A stretch of DNA of 64,000 nt from a bacterium (GCA_963675755.2 CAXXMD010000003.1:1440001-1504000), one strand, 5' to 3'. Numbered from the stretch's first letter, positions 8,477 to 19,455 are shown. Made by a program: numbers and translations. Notes: a model not told the origin generated them from the letters alone.

Positions 8477-9475
8477 ATGCCCACAACTCAAAAAGACATT
8501 GCTGCAAAACTCAATGTATCCATTATGACGGTTTCCAAAGCGCTCAAAGGACACCCGGATATCAGCGCGAAAACGCGCAAACGGGTGGAAGACACAGCGC
8601 GCGAAATGAACTATACCGTCAATGTGGTGGCACGCAGTCTGGTGCAAAAACGCACCCATACCATTGGTGTGATTGTGCCGGATATATCAGAGTTGTATTA
8701 CGCGGAAATTGTCCGGGGCATAGAGATGGTATTCAGACAGCACCAATACAACATACTCTTGATTGACTCTGAAAACGATCCCGATATCGAGCTGGATGCC
8801 ATACAGACCCTGCTCGAAAAACGGGTCGACGGTTTGATCTTTGGTCCGACTGAAAAAACATCCCGTTACATCGATTTATTAAAAACCGTTTCCATTCCCT
8901 ATATCCTGATTAATAATACACCCAAAGCATTACATTGTGATTCTATCAGCATTGACCGCAGACACGGTTCCATGCTTTCTGTATCTCATCTCCTCTCAAG
9001 TGGATATGAGGATATCTATTTTCTTTACACATTCAAGCATCTTGAACAATCCCAGCACAGTATCAACGGTTGTTATGATGCTTTTGACCAATTCAACCTC
9101 CCCCGGGAAGCATTAAAACTGGTATACTGTGAAAATCGAGACCTTGAAACCTTTTACAACAAAACCTTGGAATCGGTACAATATAACAATAAAAAAACCG
9201 GCGTTTATGCCTGGGACGATGAAATGGCTGTGGGCGTGTATCGCGCGCTTGTGGAAAAAGGCTTTTCCATTCCGGACCAGGTGGGTCTGGTAGGATTTGA
9301 CGATATTCGGATCTCAAAATACCTGCCCAAATCCTTAACCACCATCTTTTGTCCCAAATTCGAAATGGGAAAAAAATGCGCAGAACGCCTGCTGCAGCAG
9401 CTTTTATCAGAGCAGCCCTTAGAAACTGAAAAGATAATGATGGCTTTAAAATTGATTAAAAGAGAAACAACCTGA
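8477..9475 (+). CDS. LacI family transcriptional regulator
   Basis: TQKDIAAKLNVSIMTVSKAL HTH; periplasmic-binding-protein-like domain with VGFDDI. Confidence 0.95.
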   Translation: MPTTQKDIAAKLNVSIMTVSKALKGHPDISAKTRKRVEDTAREMNYTVNVVARSLVQKRTHTIGVIVPDISELYYAEIVRGIEMVFRQHQYNILLIDSENDPDIELDAIQTLLEKRVDGLIFGPTEKTSRYIDLLKTVSIPYILINNTPKALHCDSISIDRRHGSMLSVSHLLSSGYEDIYFLYTFKHLEQSQHSINGCYDAFDQFNLPREALKLVYCENRDLETFYNKTLESVQYNNKKTGVYAWDDEMAVGVYRALVEKGFSIPDQVGLVGFDDIRISKYLPKSLTTIFCPKFEMGKKCAERLLQQLLSEQPLETEKIMMALKLIKRETT

Positions 9476-9581
9476 TCTTTTACATTTGGCAGCGTTTTTG
9501 TCCTGACAATAAATCTTGTGGGGAACAATCAAAACACGAGTTTTGTTATTTGATAATAATCCCAACAAACAGGACAAACGC

Positions 9582-10124
9582 ATGACACATGACCAGGAAC
9601 TTGAAACCCTGAAATACCCCATCGGCCAGTTTGAATATACGGATACAGATTCCGACAATTCCATTCAAACCTGGATTCAGGAAATTGAAATGCTGCCCAA
9701 CCGGCTGCAACACATTGTGAGTGATCTGTCGGAAAACCAACTGGACACTCCATACCGACCGGAGGGTTGGATGGTCAGACAGGTTGTTCATCATCTGAGC
9801 GACAGCCACATGAACGGCTATATACGGTTCAAATGGACCCTGACAGAAAATGAAACAACCATCAAACCGTATGAGCAAAAATCATGGTCAGAAACTGCTG
9901 AAAACATTGGCTTTCCCATCAGTGAAGAACTGGCGCTGTTGAGCCTGCTTCACCAAAAATGGGTGGTGCTATTAAAAGAACTGACACCCGATGATTTTCA
10001 ACGTAAATTCATGCACCCGGAATCGGGCTGGTATGAATTAAAAAAAGCCCTTGCTTTGTATGCCTGGCATGGTAACCACCATCTGGCCCAGATTGAAGCA
10101 TTAATACAACGCAAGGGATGGTAA
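9582..10124 (+). CDS. bstA: YfiT/BstA family bacillithiol S-transferase (DinB superfamily)
   Basis: LKYPIG, LDTPYRPEGW..RQVVHHLSDSH and YAWHGNHH motifs. Confidence 0.85.
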   Translation: MTHDQELETLKYPIGQFEYTDTDSDNSIQTWIQEIEMLPNRLQHIVSDLSENQLDTPYRPEGWMVRQVVHHLSDSHMNGYIRFKWTLTENETTIKPYEQKSWSETAENIGFPISEELALLSLLHQKWVVLLKELTPDDFQRKFMHPESGWYELKKALALYAWHGNHHLAQIEALIQRKGW

Positions 10125-10221
10125 AACACTTGGCAACACATCTTTTGTTTACATAGCGTGGTTACGTTCCGCCACGATATAGAAAGCATTCAAACCTATT
10201 CCATTCACAAAGGAAAACGCT

Positions 10222-12939
10222 ATGAAGAAATTTGTCCTGTTATTCGTTTTTTTGTTCTTTATGAATTTATCTGCCGCAGAGTATTTCACCATGCCACCCA
10301 ATGACCGTCAACGGGTCAACATTGACAAAAACTGGGGCTTTTTCAGGGGAGACATTAACGGCGAGGAAGAAACCCACCAGGTCAACAAACGCCCCTGGAT
10401 TGGTGTGGACCTTCCCCATGAAATGAGTATAACCGGTGAATACTCGCCGGAAAACAATACTACCCAAGCTTTTCAGCCCATGGAGATTGGCTGGTACCGC
10501 AAAGCGTTGATGCTGCCCGAATATTATGAACACAAAAAAATCTATGTGGTTTTTGACGGTGTTTACCGCGAGAGCGATGTCTGGCTCAACTATGCGCATA
10601 TTGGTCACCATCAATCCGGTTACACCAGCTTTGCCTATGATATAACAGATTATGTCCGTACCGGCAATCGCACCCCCAACAGCCTGCGCGTACGTGTAGA
10701 CGCCCGTCGCCACGAACAGGATACCTATGAAGGCAGCGGTATATATCGCCATGTATGGATCGTTTCCACAAACAAACTCCATATCGACAATTGGGGTACT
10801 TTTGTATACGCCACAGATATTTCAGAGAAACAATCCACCATCAACATTAAAGCTAAAGTCTTGAATGACTATCCGGAATCCAAACGATTCAAGCTGGTTA
10901 CCCAAATTGTAGATAATAAAGGTATAATCGTTGGAACTGTCAGCACCGATTGTTCTATGACTGCCGGGGAGGTAAAAGAGTATGAACAAACGGTGCGGGT
11001 TGAAAACTGTAACCTGTGGGATGTTGACAATCCCTATCAGTATAAAGCATACACCATGATCCAGACTGCAGACGAAACCCTTGATGTATATGAAACCCCG
11101 TTCGGTATTCGGAACATTGAATTTACCAACAATAATGGATTTTTCATCAACGGTCGTCACGAAAAATTGCAGGGCTTTTGCGCCCATTACGACTTTGCGG
11201 GACTTGGTAACGCCCTGCCGGACCGCATCCACTTTAACCTGATGGCCATTATGAAACAAGCCGGATTCAACTTTTACCGGTCCAGTCACAATCCCGCCAC
11301 CCCCGAACGACTGGATGTTAGCGATGAAATGGGGATCATGGTTTGGGACGAAATTGAACGCAAACTTGAAAGTCCCGAAATTGAACTGCCACTGGTCAAA
11401 GCAACCATTACGCGCGACCGTAACCATCCTTCAGTCATTGTCTGGTCATTAGAGAATGAATCTCCGCTTGAAAGCACGCATTATGGCGCCAATATCATCA
11501 AAGTGGGTACCGACCTTGCCAACCAACTTGATCCCACACGCGAAACCACTTTTGCTGCATCAATGCCGGTGAACATGCGTAATTATGGAGAAAACGCAGG
11601 TGTTGCCAGTTACAATTACCATGTGGAACGCGCAGACCAGGACCATATTGCATTTCCGCACTGGAAGATTGGATTGATCAGCGAGTATTCCGCGGTTCGT
11701 GCCATGCGTGGTGTTTATGGCACCGAGTATGTTCCAAACGAAACAGACAGTTATTTTAAATTCTATACCGAAGAGATCAAAGACATGTATGACATGTGCG
11801 CCAGCATTGAAAATTACTGGTTGCGCATCGAGTCCCGCGATTACCTGGGCGGTGGATGCGTCTGGAGCGGATACGATGCACGTGGTGAAGGTTTTGAATA
11901 CCCCTTTATCTCGCGCGGAGACGGTGTGCTGGACATGTGTTTCGAGCCCAAAGACCACTATTACTTTTTCAAATCCCGTTATACCGAGGAACCCATGGTC
12001 CACGTCATGCCGCACTGGAACTGGCAGAAAAAAGGACAAATTGTGGATGTATGGGGTTATTCCAATTGTGATCAGGTGGAACTTGTATTGAACGGAAAAT
12101 CCCTGGGAACTCGCGGCAAACCCAAAGCGATGAAAAAATGGAACCCGGGTGAAAAACAGGACATACCCGCAGCGCACAGGCAATGGAGTGTTCCCTATGA
12201 ACCGGGCACACTGATTGCCATTGGCAAAAACAACGGCAAAGAAGTTTGTCGTCAAGTTGTTAAAACGGCTGGCGAACCCGCCAAAATCCAGTTAACACGT
12301 TCTATGGAAGCCTTTCTGCCGGCTAATGAGATCCCCGCGTTGATTGCGGATGGCAGAGATGTAGTGGTTGTGAGAGCAGCAATTACAGACAAAGACGGCA
12401 ATGTGGTTCCTTATGCCGGTAACGATGTTCAGTTTTTTGTAGAAGGAGATGAAGAGATTATAGCCGTAGGTAGTGGAGACATAACCACGCTAGAGCCCAA
12501 TCATTCAACCCATCGCAAAGCCTGTAACGGTTATTGTGTTGCCATCATCCAATCCACCACAACAGCGGGTCAATTCAAAGTCCGTGCTGCTTCAGCGGGA
12601 CTCGAATCCGGTGAGGTTACAGTCACTTCGGTTGCACCCCAGGCCCACAGTATAGAACTGGTCCCCAAACCCTGTCACATACTTCCGGATGCCAGCACAG
12701 ATGTAACTGTTAAAATTTTAGACAAATTTGGTGATCAGATATCAACGGCATCAAATTCAGTGGAAATTAATATACTGGGCAATGCCCGTTTTGAAAACGG
12801 CAAAACCAATATGAAAATCAACACCCAAAACGGAGCCGCAACAATTAAAATTAAAGCCGGTTCACAACCGGGCGAAATCACCCTGCAAGCAAGCGCCAAA
12901 GACCTCATTCCCACACAAGTAAGACTCTTTATAGACTAG
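10222..12939 (+). CDS. Glycoside hydrolase family 2 (beta-galactosidase-like), secreted
   Basis: GWYRK, FDGVY, SGIYRHV, RSSHNP and RDRNHPSVIVWSLENE motifs; DUF4982/Ig-like C-terminus. Confidence 0.92.
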   Translation: MKKFVLLFVFLFFMNLSAAEYFTMPPNDRQRVNIDKNWGFFRGDINGEEETHQVNKRPWIGVDLPHEMSITGEYSPENNTTQAFQPMEIGWYRKALMLPEYYEHKKIYVVFDGVYRESDVWLNYAHIGHHQSGYTSFAYDITDYVRTGNRTPNSLRVRVDARRHEQDTYEGSGIYRHVWIVSTNKLHIDNWGTFVYATDISEKQSTINIKAKVLNDYPESKRFKLVTQIVDNKGIIVGTVSTDCSMTAGEVKEYEQTVRVENCNLWDVDNPYQYKAYTMIQTADETLDVYETPFGIRNIEFTNNNGFFINGRHEKLQGFCAHYDFAGLGNALPDRIHFNLMAIMKQAGFNFYRSSHNPATPERLDVSDEMGIMVWDEIERKLESPEIELPLVKATITRDRNHPSVIVWSLENESPLESTHYGANIIKVGTDLANQLDPTRETTFAASMPVNMRNYGENAGVASYNYHVERADQDHIAFPHWKIGLISEYSAVRAMRGVYGTEYVPNETDSYFKFYTEEIKDMYDMCASIENYWLRIESRDYLGGGCVWSGYDARGEGFEYPFISRGDGVLDMCFEPKDHYYFFKSRYTEEPMVHVMPHWNWQKKGQIVDVWGYSNCDQVELVLNGKSLGTRGKPKAMKKWNPGEKQDIPAAHRQWSVPYEPGTLIAIGKNNGKEVCRQVVKTAGEPAKIQLTRSMEAFLPANEIPALIADGRDVVVVRAAITDKDGNVVPYAGNDVQFFVEGDEEIIAVGSGDITTLEPNHSTHRKACNGYCVAIIQSTTTAGQFKVRAASAGLESGEVTVTSVAPQAHSIELVPKPCHILPDASTDVTVKILDKFGDQISTASNSVEINILGNARFENGKTNMKINTQNGAATIKIKAGSQPGEITLQASAKDLIPTQVRLFID

Positions 12940-12949
12940 TTTCCCATTC

Positions 12950-12979
12950 AAGCCCTGCAAAGTTTTTTGCAGGGCTTTT
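12950..12979 (+). terminator. Rho-independent terminator
   Basis: AAGCCCTGCAAA...TTTGCAGGGCTT followed by a T run, after the GH2 stop. Confidence 0.75.
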
Positions 12980-12989
12980 AAAATTTTAT

Positions 12990-13038
12990 GCAAACGTTTG
13001 CCTTTTTTCTTGAATATTGTCTTTTTTGGTTGTATAAT
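12990..13038 (+). promoter_or_regulatory. LacI-type operator and sigma70 promoter of nagB
   Basis: Perfect palindrome GCAAACGTTTGC (12990-13001); TTGAAT-N17-TATAAT (13010-13038). Confidence 0.65.
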
Positions 13039-13105
13039 TTAATAACGAATATATTATTCGTTTGTAAAACATCCGTTAAAATTCCATCAGGAAAGGTAAG
13101 GCTCT

Positions 13106-13852
13106 ATGTTACTTGTTATTAAAGAAAATTATAAAGAAATGTGTATAGAGGGGGCAAGAGAAATTGCAAATATAGTAAGAAGAAAACCGGACTGTGTTCT
13201 GGGTTTTGCGACAGGCAGTACCCCCCTGGGCCTTTACAAGGAACTGATCCGGATGTATAATGAAGAAGGCCTAGACTTTTCCAAAGTCGTTACCTTTAAT
13301 CTTGATGAATATGTGGGCCTGCCTCCATCACATAACCAGAGTTACCATTATTTCATGTGGGAAAACCTCTTTAAACATATCAATGTGGACCCCCGTTATG
13401 TGCACATTCCCATGGGTATGGCAGAAGATATTGATGTGTTTTGCGAATGGTATGAAAAAAAGATAAATGAATTTGGCGGTATTGATCTGCAAATCCTTGG
13501 TATTGGTGCCAACGGACATATTGCTTTTAACGAGCCGGGCTCGTCACTGGGTTCCCGTACGCGTATCAAAACCCTGAGTGATAAAACAATCCAGGATAAC
13601 GCACGCTTTTTCGAAAACAAGGAAGAAGTTCCCAAATACGCCATTACCATGGGTGTAGGTACCATCATGGAAGCCAAAGAATTGTTATTGCTTGCAAGCG
13701 GAGAAGGCAAAGCAGACGCAATACACGCCACTGCTGAAGGCCCCATTATGGCAAAATACCCCGCCACAATCGTTCAATTACACCAGTACGCCACCGTTTT
13801 GATTGATAAGGCAGCTGCTTCAAAACTGGAAGGCGATTATTCAGGATTTTAA
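13106..13852 (+). CDS. nagB: Glucosamine-6-phosphate deaminase
   Basis: GFATGSTP, TFNLDEY, LGIGANGHIAFNEPG and AITMGVGTI motifs. Confidence 0.96.
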   Translation: MLLVIKENYKEMCIEGAREIANIVRRKPDCVLGFATGSTPLGLYKELIRMYNEEGLDFSKVVTFNLDEYVGLPPSHNQSYHYFMWENLFKHINVDPRYVHIPMGMAEDIDVFCEWYEKKINEFGGIDLQILGIGANGHIAFNEPGSSLGSRTRIKTLSDKTIQDNARFFENKEEVPKYAITMGVGTIMEAKELLLLASGEGKADAIHATAEGPIMAKYPATIVQLHQYATVLIDKAAASKLEGDYSGF

Positions 13853-13876
13853 GCGTTTATAGTGCCCCAATATAAA

Positions 13877-13912
13877 CCCGGCATCCGTCGGTTGACAGAT
13901 GCCGGGCATTTT
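13877..13912 (+). terminator. Rho-independent terminator
   Basis: CCCGGCATC...GATGCCGGG followed by a T-rich tail. Confidence 0.7.
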
Positions 13913-14131
13913 CTTTCTTTAGCATCCCTGCTTTTCTCTTTACCCAAGAGACAAACATCCCTAAGTATCTTTTCATTATCAGAACGCTTGTTCAGGCAAT
14001 CATATATTGCGATTAATCTGAGCGCAGGTGCTTTACATAACATTTTTTAAAAAAATGATTGTTATTCATATAATTTTTTTTTATACTAAAAAAACAACTT
14101 TTATTCCAAAATTGACATTCAAGGGGATGTA

Positions 14132-15325
14132 ATGAAGAAAAAAACGTTTTTCCCGCTCTTATTCCTGTTATTGTTTTACACCACATCTTTTGCTTATATT
14201 TATCAAGGTAATTGGCGCTTTTACCAGGATGACGCTACAGAAAGCGCAGCAACTGCCATCGCCGCTGAAAACACATCCATTACCGTTGCACCCGGTCAGG
14301 TTATACGTTTGCGGGTAGAGTTGTATAATGATGATGGAGATGATTATTGGAATGACAACTTTGATCTGCGATACAGCACTTCAAACGATCCGTCATCCGG
14401 GACCTGGAACACGTTGAGCAGTTCGGAAGCTTTTGATTTTTATGATTCCTCCTTTCTGACAAACAATGCTACAGTCTCTGCTAATTTACTGACCACAACC
14501 AGCGGATTCACACATGCTACCGGTGGAATTGTCAAAGAGGACAATCCAAAGTTTATACAATCATTTTTAATAGCCGAGTCATTTGAAAATGTGTTCAGTA
14601 TTCAGGCAACTTCTAATGCGGTGGATGCTACAACCTATTACTTTGCGGTTCATATGGCCAACGACCCTCTTATGGGAGGATACGCAACAATACCTTCTGT
14701 CACGTATGATGCCTCTCTGCCGGTGAGTCTGGCATCCTTTACCGCGCAGCAAAAGAAAAATACTGTACTACTGAATTGGCGGACTGCCAGCGAAGTAGAC
14801 CACCAGGGCTTTATTGTTGAACGTAAGGTGAACGGTTCATCCTGGATGCAGATTACATCCTATGTAACAAACACCGATTTACTTGCACGTGGTGATGTGA
14901 GCAGCGGCGCCGATTACGAATTTACAGATACCGATGTCCGTTCAGGAGATAAACTGAGTTACCGACTGCTCGATGTGGATGTAAACGGAGTAACAACTAT
15001 AAATAAACCTGTTTCCATCACCATTGAAGATTCGGTTGTACCGGAAAAAACCGCATTACTGCCGGCATATCCCAATCCCTTTAATCCCGATACCCGCTTC
15101 CAATACCAATTAAAAGACGAAACCCATGTAGACCTGTACATTGCCGATCTGTTGGGTCGCACGGTCCGCACTCTGGTATCCAACTCCCGCCAGGAAGCCG
15201 GACTATATAATCTCCAGTGGAACGGAGTTGACGACCTGGGTACCCCGCAATCCAGCGGAATATACTTAATCGTTCTGCAAGCCGGTAATCAAACCCAAAT
15301 TCAAAAAATAACGCTATTAAAATAA
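14132..15325 (+). CDS. Secreted protein with FlgD-Ig/T9SS-like C-terminal domain
   Basis: Signal peptide; LPVSLASFTA linker; AYPNPFNP...WNGVDD.G...SSGIYL. Confidence 0.85.
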   Translation: MKKKTFFPLLFLLLFYTTSFAYIYQGNWRFYQDDATESAATAIAAENTSITVAPGQVIRLRVELYNDDGDDYWNDNFDLRYSTSNDPSSGTWNTLSSSEAFDFYDSSFLTNNATVSANLLTTTSGFTHATGGIVKEDNPKFIQSFLIAESFENVFSIQATSNAVDATTYYFAVHMANDPLMGGYATIPSVTYDASLPVSLASFTAQQKKNTVLLNWRTASEVDHQGFIVERKVNGSSWMQITSYVTNTDLLARGDVSSGADYEFTDTDVRSGDKLSYRLLDVDVNGVTTINKPVSITIEDSVVPEKTALLPAYPNPFNPDTRFQYQLKDETHVDLYIADLLGRTVRTLVSNSRQEAGLYNLQWNGVDDLGTPQSSGIYLIVLQAGNQTQIQKITLLK

Positions 15326-15456
15326 AAACTCTGGCCCGACACGGATGACGTGCCGGGCTTTTTTCTGTCCGATCTTGAATGAATCACATTCCAACCGCAT
15401 TGCAAATGCAAAGCATTTGTAAAATTCAGAATAAATGCTAAATTCATCTTTATTGT

Positions 15457-17037
15457 ATGGATCATAAAAAACAGGTGACGTTGAAATTGATGGGGAATTT
15501 CCAATACAAAAATTCTTATATCTTTATCCTTTTTTCCATTTTTTCCGGTACCCTGTATGCATTGTCTTCATGGTACCCGGTTTTGGGTTATTCAATCTGG
15601 CTCACTCAAATTCCATTTATCATTGCGGTATTACAATGCCCGACAAAACGCTGGAAACTCGGATTGAGTTATGGAACAGCCTATGGCATTATATTTTTCT
15701 TGTGGGTCCCGGATATTGTACAAAACATTTCCGGCAGCACATTCCTGCTGCCCGGGTTGAGTTATGTTTTTATATCCCTGTACATAATACTGTTTCCTCT
15801 TTTATTCACCCTTTTTGTCGGCCTTGGCCGAAAACGATTTTCTTTTAATCAGATACATTGGATATGGCTGGTTCCTGCCTTGTGGGTCATTACAGAATGG
15901 AGCAATACAATCCTCATAACGCATTTCCCCTGGGCTCCGTTTTTCATTGGCTACCGTCAGGCCAACAACCTGTTGGCATTGCAGGTTGTATCCATTTCCG
16001 GTATTATGGGACTTTCATTCCTTATCATACTCATTAACACCCTGTTTGCTTTTTTCTTTATCCGCAAGCAATACAGGTGGCCCATTGCTGCTATTAGTGT
16101 ATTTATTGTATTGCATGTATACGGCATGGTATCCCTGCAGCAATTCAATTCTGACAAATCAGCCAAAACTGTCAAAACCGCTCTGATTGTGGAAAATGTC
16201 AACAGCAGTACCGGATGGAACGACGCTACCGGTGACTCTTTATCACAGATGCTGTTTGTTCTGAACCGACAAGCTGTGCAGGATTCTCCCAAACTTTCTC
16301 TCTGGACCGAGACTGCGCTGCCCTGGGTATTACAGCCAGATGATCAATTTATTCCTCTGGTATTGCAAACAACATGGCCGGCCCAATGCACCCACATCTT
16401 GGGGATCAATACCGAGGGTAAAAAACGCACCGGTAATGTTTACAATTCCGCGCTTTGTATAGAACCTGACGGCAGGATTAGCGACATGTATCACAAACAG
16501 AACCTCTTGTGGTTCATTGAACAACCTGTCAAACTATTACCCTTTGCCGCGCGCTTGCAGCAGGAACGCTATCGTACGAGTGTTTATGATAATGTGGAAG
16601 CGGGTACACGTCCCGGTGTTATGCGAACAGGTGAAGGATTGGCAGGGGTACGTATCTGTAATGAATGGATCATCCCCGGAGCAATCCGGTCCGCTGTTCA
16701 GCAGGGAGCGGATCTATTGCTCAATATGAGTAATAACGGCTATATGGAGCACCCCTTTTTGCCACAGATTCAATGGATTGAAACCCGAACCCGCGCGGTT
16801 GAAAACCGCCGCGATGTAGCCATTGCTTGTAATTATGGGTTCAGCGGCCACATTGCCGCCTCAGGCAAGATCGTTCACAAACAACGTTCGCGGCAGGGTG
16901 CATATATTCCGGTCAATTTAGAGATCCATACCACGCAAACCCTGTATACAAAACTCGGGGACTGGTTTCCACTGCTCTGCGCGTTTGCGTGCGTGGTGTT
17001 TGCAGGGATTGTGTTTATCAGGAAAAACAAAATTTGA
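15457..17037 (+). CDS. lnt: Apolipoprotein N-acyltransferase
   Basis: Multiple TM segments plus a nitrilase-fold domain with E (WTETA), K (YHKQNL), C (ICNE) triad; RAVENRR; TLYTKLGDW. Confidence 0.85.
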   Translation: MDHKKQVTLKLMGNFQYKNSYIFILFSIFSGTLYALSSWYPVLGYSIWLTQIPFIIAVLQCPTKRWKLGLSYGTAYGIIFFLWVPDIVQNISGSTFLLPGLSYVFISLYIILFPLLFTLFVGLGRKRFSFNQIHWIWLVPALWVITEWSNTILITHFPWAPFFIGYRQANNLLALQVVSISGIMGLSFLIILINTLFAFFFIRKQYRWPIAAISVFIVLHVYGMVSLQQFNSDKSAKTVKTALIVENVNSSTGWNDATGDSLSQMLFVLNRQAVQDSPKLSLWTETALPWVLQPDDQFIPLVLQTTWPAQCTHILGINTEGKKRTGNVYNSALCIEPDGRISDMYHKQNLLWFIEQPVKLLPFAARLQQERYRTSVYDNVEAGTRPGVMRTGEGLAGVRICNEWIIPGAIRSAVQQGADLLLNMSNNGYMEHPFLPQIQWIETRTRAVENRRDVAIACNYGFSGHIAASGKIVHKQRSRQGAYIPVNLEIHTTQTLYTKLGDWFPLLCAFACVVFAGIVFIRKNKI

Positions 17038-17092
17038 TCAATATGATATATATCCTCCCGGATGTCTGGACCTCCGGGAGGTGTTAAAAATT

Positions 17093-17845
17093 CTACTGCA
17101 GCCCCGCAAAAGAGTAATTGGTAAAGTGCCTGACCGGGTCATTGATCTTGATGGGCTCTCGCACCAGAAACGGTTCACCGTAAATGGCGCCAATCTTGTT
17201 TCCCCAGTATTGTCCCCGCGCGATAATGGATTGTAAAAACTGCGGTGAGCTGATATAGGTGGCATCCTTCGAGTTGAAGGGCTTGTCCGGATTGTGAAAC
17301 TGCGAGTTGTAGGACTGTATAGCCTTGACCTTGTCTTCAAAGCTGTCAGACACATCCACAATAAACGACGGTTCAAAGTCGTACATTTCCATATAATAGA
17401 TCAGCTTGGCGGGACGGAAATGCTTTTGTCCCGTATCTATATTTTTAAGTCCTGCCAGAAACGCGGCTTCCTTGACCAGCACCGAGGTGTTGCCGTGATC
17501 GGGATGGCGGGTCTCCCAGTACGGCACAAACAGGATGTCCGGCTGGTGCTCGCGGATCTGCTCGATCACCTTGATGCGGTTCTCCTCTGTATTAAACACG
17601 CCACCGTCGGGGATGTCCAGCATTTTGTTCACCGAAAGGCCCAGTATCCTGGCCGAATTTTCATTCTCCTGCTTGCGGATCTCGGGCGTGCCGCGGGTGC
17701 CCAGCTCTGCTTTGGTGAGCGAAACCACACCGGTTTTATAGCCCATCCGTTTCAGTTTAATCAGGGTGCCGGCGCACATAAGTTCGATATCGTCAGGGTG
17801 CGCGCCAAAGGCCATTACATCTATTTTTTCATTGGGGGTATTCAT
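17093..17845 (-). CDS. bshB1: Bacillithiol biosynthesis deacetylase BshB1
   Basis: GAHPDDIEL, RHPDH and GEPF motifs (PIG-L family); directly downstream of bshC. Confidence 0.9.
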   Translation of the reverse strand: MNTPNEKIDVMAFGAHPDDIELMCAGTLIKLKRMGYKTGVVSLTKAELGTRGTPEIRKQENENSARILGLSVNKMLDIPDGGVFNTEENRIKVIEQIREHQPDILFVPYWETRHPDHGNTSVLVKEAAFLAGLKNIDTGQKHFRPAKLIYYMEMYDFEPSFIVDVSDSFEDKVKAIQSYNSQFHNPDKPFNSKDATYISSPQFLQSIIARGQYWGNKIGAIYGEPFLVREPIKINDPVRHFTNYSFAGLQ

Positions 17846-17847
17846 TT

Positions 17848-19455
17848 TTATAATTCTATTCCTTTATGTTCAAATTTGGCAATTTCTATTTCATCATATA
17901 TCCGTCTTAGCAGCGGTGTATCATATTTTACCAGAAAGGGCAATATGTTGATTTTGCGCTCCTGTAGCCCGCCCTCCGGCATCAGGTGGTTCACAATCGA
18001 TTCCAGTTGATTGCGTATCACCTGCTCGCGCTGTTCCACAGCTTTGAGAACCCGGCCCTCCAGCGAGGCAATCTGTTTTTCCATGTTACCGCTGGTCTTT
18101 TCAAAAGCTGATTGCAGCGTGGCTTCTATCTCTTTTGCAGCTGTTCCCAGTGATGCAAGCTGCTCCCCGAGTTGGGACTGTAATACCGCAAACTGTTCCT
18201 GAATATCTACAGGTACACGAGACTGCATTACATCCCGGATAACTCCTTCAGGGTCGGCAATGACCTGTTCAGCGGTCAATCCAAACGCATCCAGATGTTT
18301 TTGAATTTTTGGTTCAATCAGGGTAAACGCCGCACGGGGATACACCACCGGCATGTTCATATCCATAGCATCGTAAATGCCCTTTAATTGCGCCCAATAG
18401 GCAATCTCTCCCGGTCCGCCCACATAGACAACCGTGGGAAACAGAATATCCTGCGCAATAGGACGTGTAGAGACTTTGGGACTGAGCTTTTCCGACTGCG
18501 CTATTAACTCGTCTAGGGTGTATTTCCGGTTATCACCCAGGCTGATGAATTCGTCTCCCTCTCGCTGCAAACCATGTCTGCCGTTATCGAGTAAAAACAG
18601 ATTGGGTCTGCCGGATTGAACGGTGATCTGGGTATGATACCCCGCTTTTTCCAATTGATCGTTGGTTTCCTGCATGACAGGATTACAAACATCCTCTCGC
18701 AGCTCTTTTTCAAACAGATCGGTTAAAAAGGGTTTAACGCGTGAATCTGACGAGTCAAACAGCACAATGCCATATTCCGCAAACAATGCCTGGTACCAGC
18801 GCGCAAAGGCAATATGCAGATACTCACCGGGCGTATAAGCCGATTTCAGTTTTTGCATCCAGTTTGCTTTAAACTCGGTATCGGGCAAGTCGGCATCCAA
18901 CGTTTCCAACAATTGCAGGATATTATCATTCAGTTTAATCTGAGCAACGGGTACACGATCCGGCAACGTTTCCGGTTCAAAGGTGAGCGATTTCACCGCA
19001 TTGCTTTTATCGATATAGGTTGTGCTCTTGATCTCTTCAAAATCGTGGTCTTCTGACACCAGGTAAAATACGGGTACCACGGGGCGGCCCAGCCGCTGCG
19101 TCAGGGTGTTTGCCAGTTTAATTGCGGTCAAAGATTTGTGTATGGTAAACAGCGGTCCACCAAAAAGTCCTGCCTGCTGCCCGGATACCACAGCAAGGGT
19201 ATCGGGTTGTCTCAGCAGCTCAATGTTTTGAAAGGTAGCGTCTGCGGCGTTAAAATTCCGGTTCTGGTCGATTAATATGTCAGCCAGTTCATTTCGATGC
19301 GGACGATTAACAATCTGCAAACGATTCGCAATATTTTTAAAACTGGAACAGTCCTGAAAGTGCCCGTTAAAAAAAGGACCTGTATTTTCAAAAGCGCTGA
19401 AATAATCCCGGGTAAGCTTTGAAAGTCCGGGTATATTTTCAAGTTTCAGCTTCAT
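17848..19455 (-). CDS. bshC: Bacillithiol biosynthesis cysteine-adding enzyme BshC
   Basis: SGQQAGLFGGPL, SEDHDFEE, YVGGPGEIAYWAQL and LQER motifs. Confidence 0.95.
   Translation of the reverse strand: MKLKLENIPGLSKLTRDYFSAFENTGPFFNGHFQDCSSFKNIANRLQIVNRPHRNELADILIDQNRNFNAADATFQNIELLRQPDTLAVVSGQQAGLFGGPLFTIHKSLTAIKLANTLTQRLGRPVVPVFYLVSEDHDFEEIKSTTYIDKSNAVKSLTFEPETLPDRVPVAQIKLNDNILQLLETLDADLPDTEFKANWMQKLKSAYTPGEYLHIAFARWYQALFAEYGIVLFDSSDSRVKPFLTDLFEKELREDVCNPVMQETNDQLEKAGYHTQITVQSGRPNLFLLDNGRHGLQREGDEFISLGDNRKYTLDELIAQSEKLSPKVSTRPIAQDILFPTVVYVGGPGEIAYWAQLKGIYDAMDMNMPVVYPRAAFTLIEPKIQKHLDAFGLTAEQVIADPEGVIRDVMQSRVPVDIQEQFAVLQSQLGEQLASLGTAAKEIEATLQSAFEKTSGNMEKQIASLEGRVLKAVEQREQVIRNQLESIVNHLMPEGGLQERKINILPFLVKYDTPLLRRIYDEIEIAKFEHKGIEL

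Noticed and set aside
6185-10198. Identical 14-mer AGCATTCAAACCTA at 6185 and 10185
   Set aside because: A few 14-mer matches are expected by chance in 64 kb, and the match does not extend.
13980-14035. Possible structured leader upstream of the 14132 gene (GCAAT-CATAT-ATTGC hairpin)
   Set aside because: No recognisable riboswitch motif; weak structure.
17294-18010. Long antisense or overlapping ORFs (e.g. 238 aa here, 231 aa at 11560-12255)
   Set aside because: They are shadow frames of well-supported genes and have no motifs.
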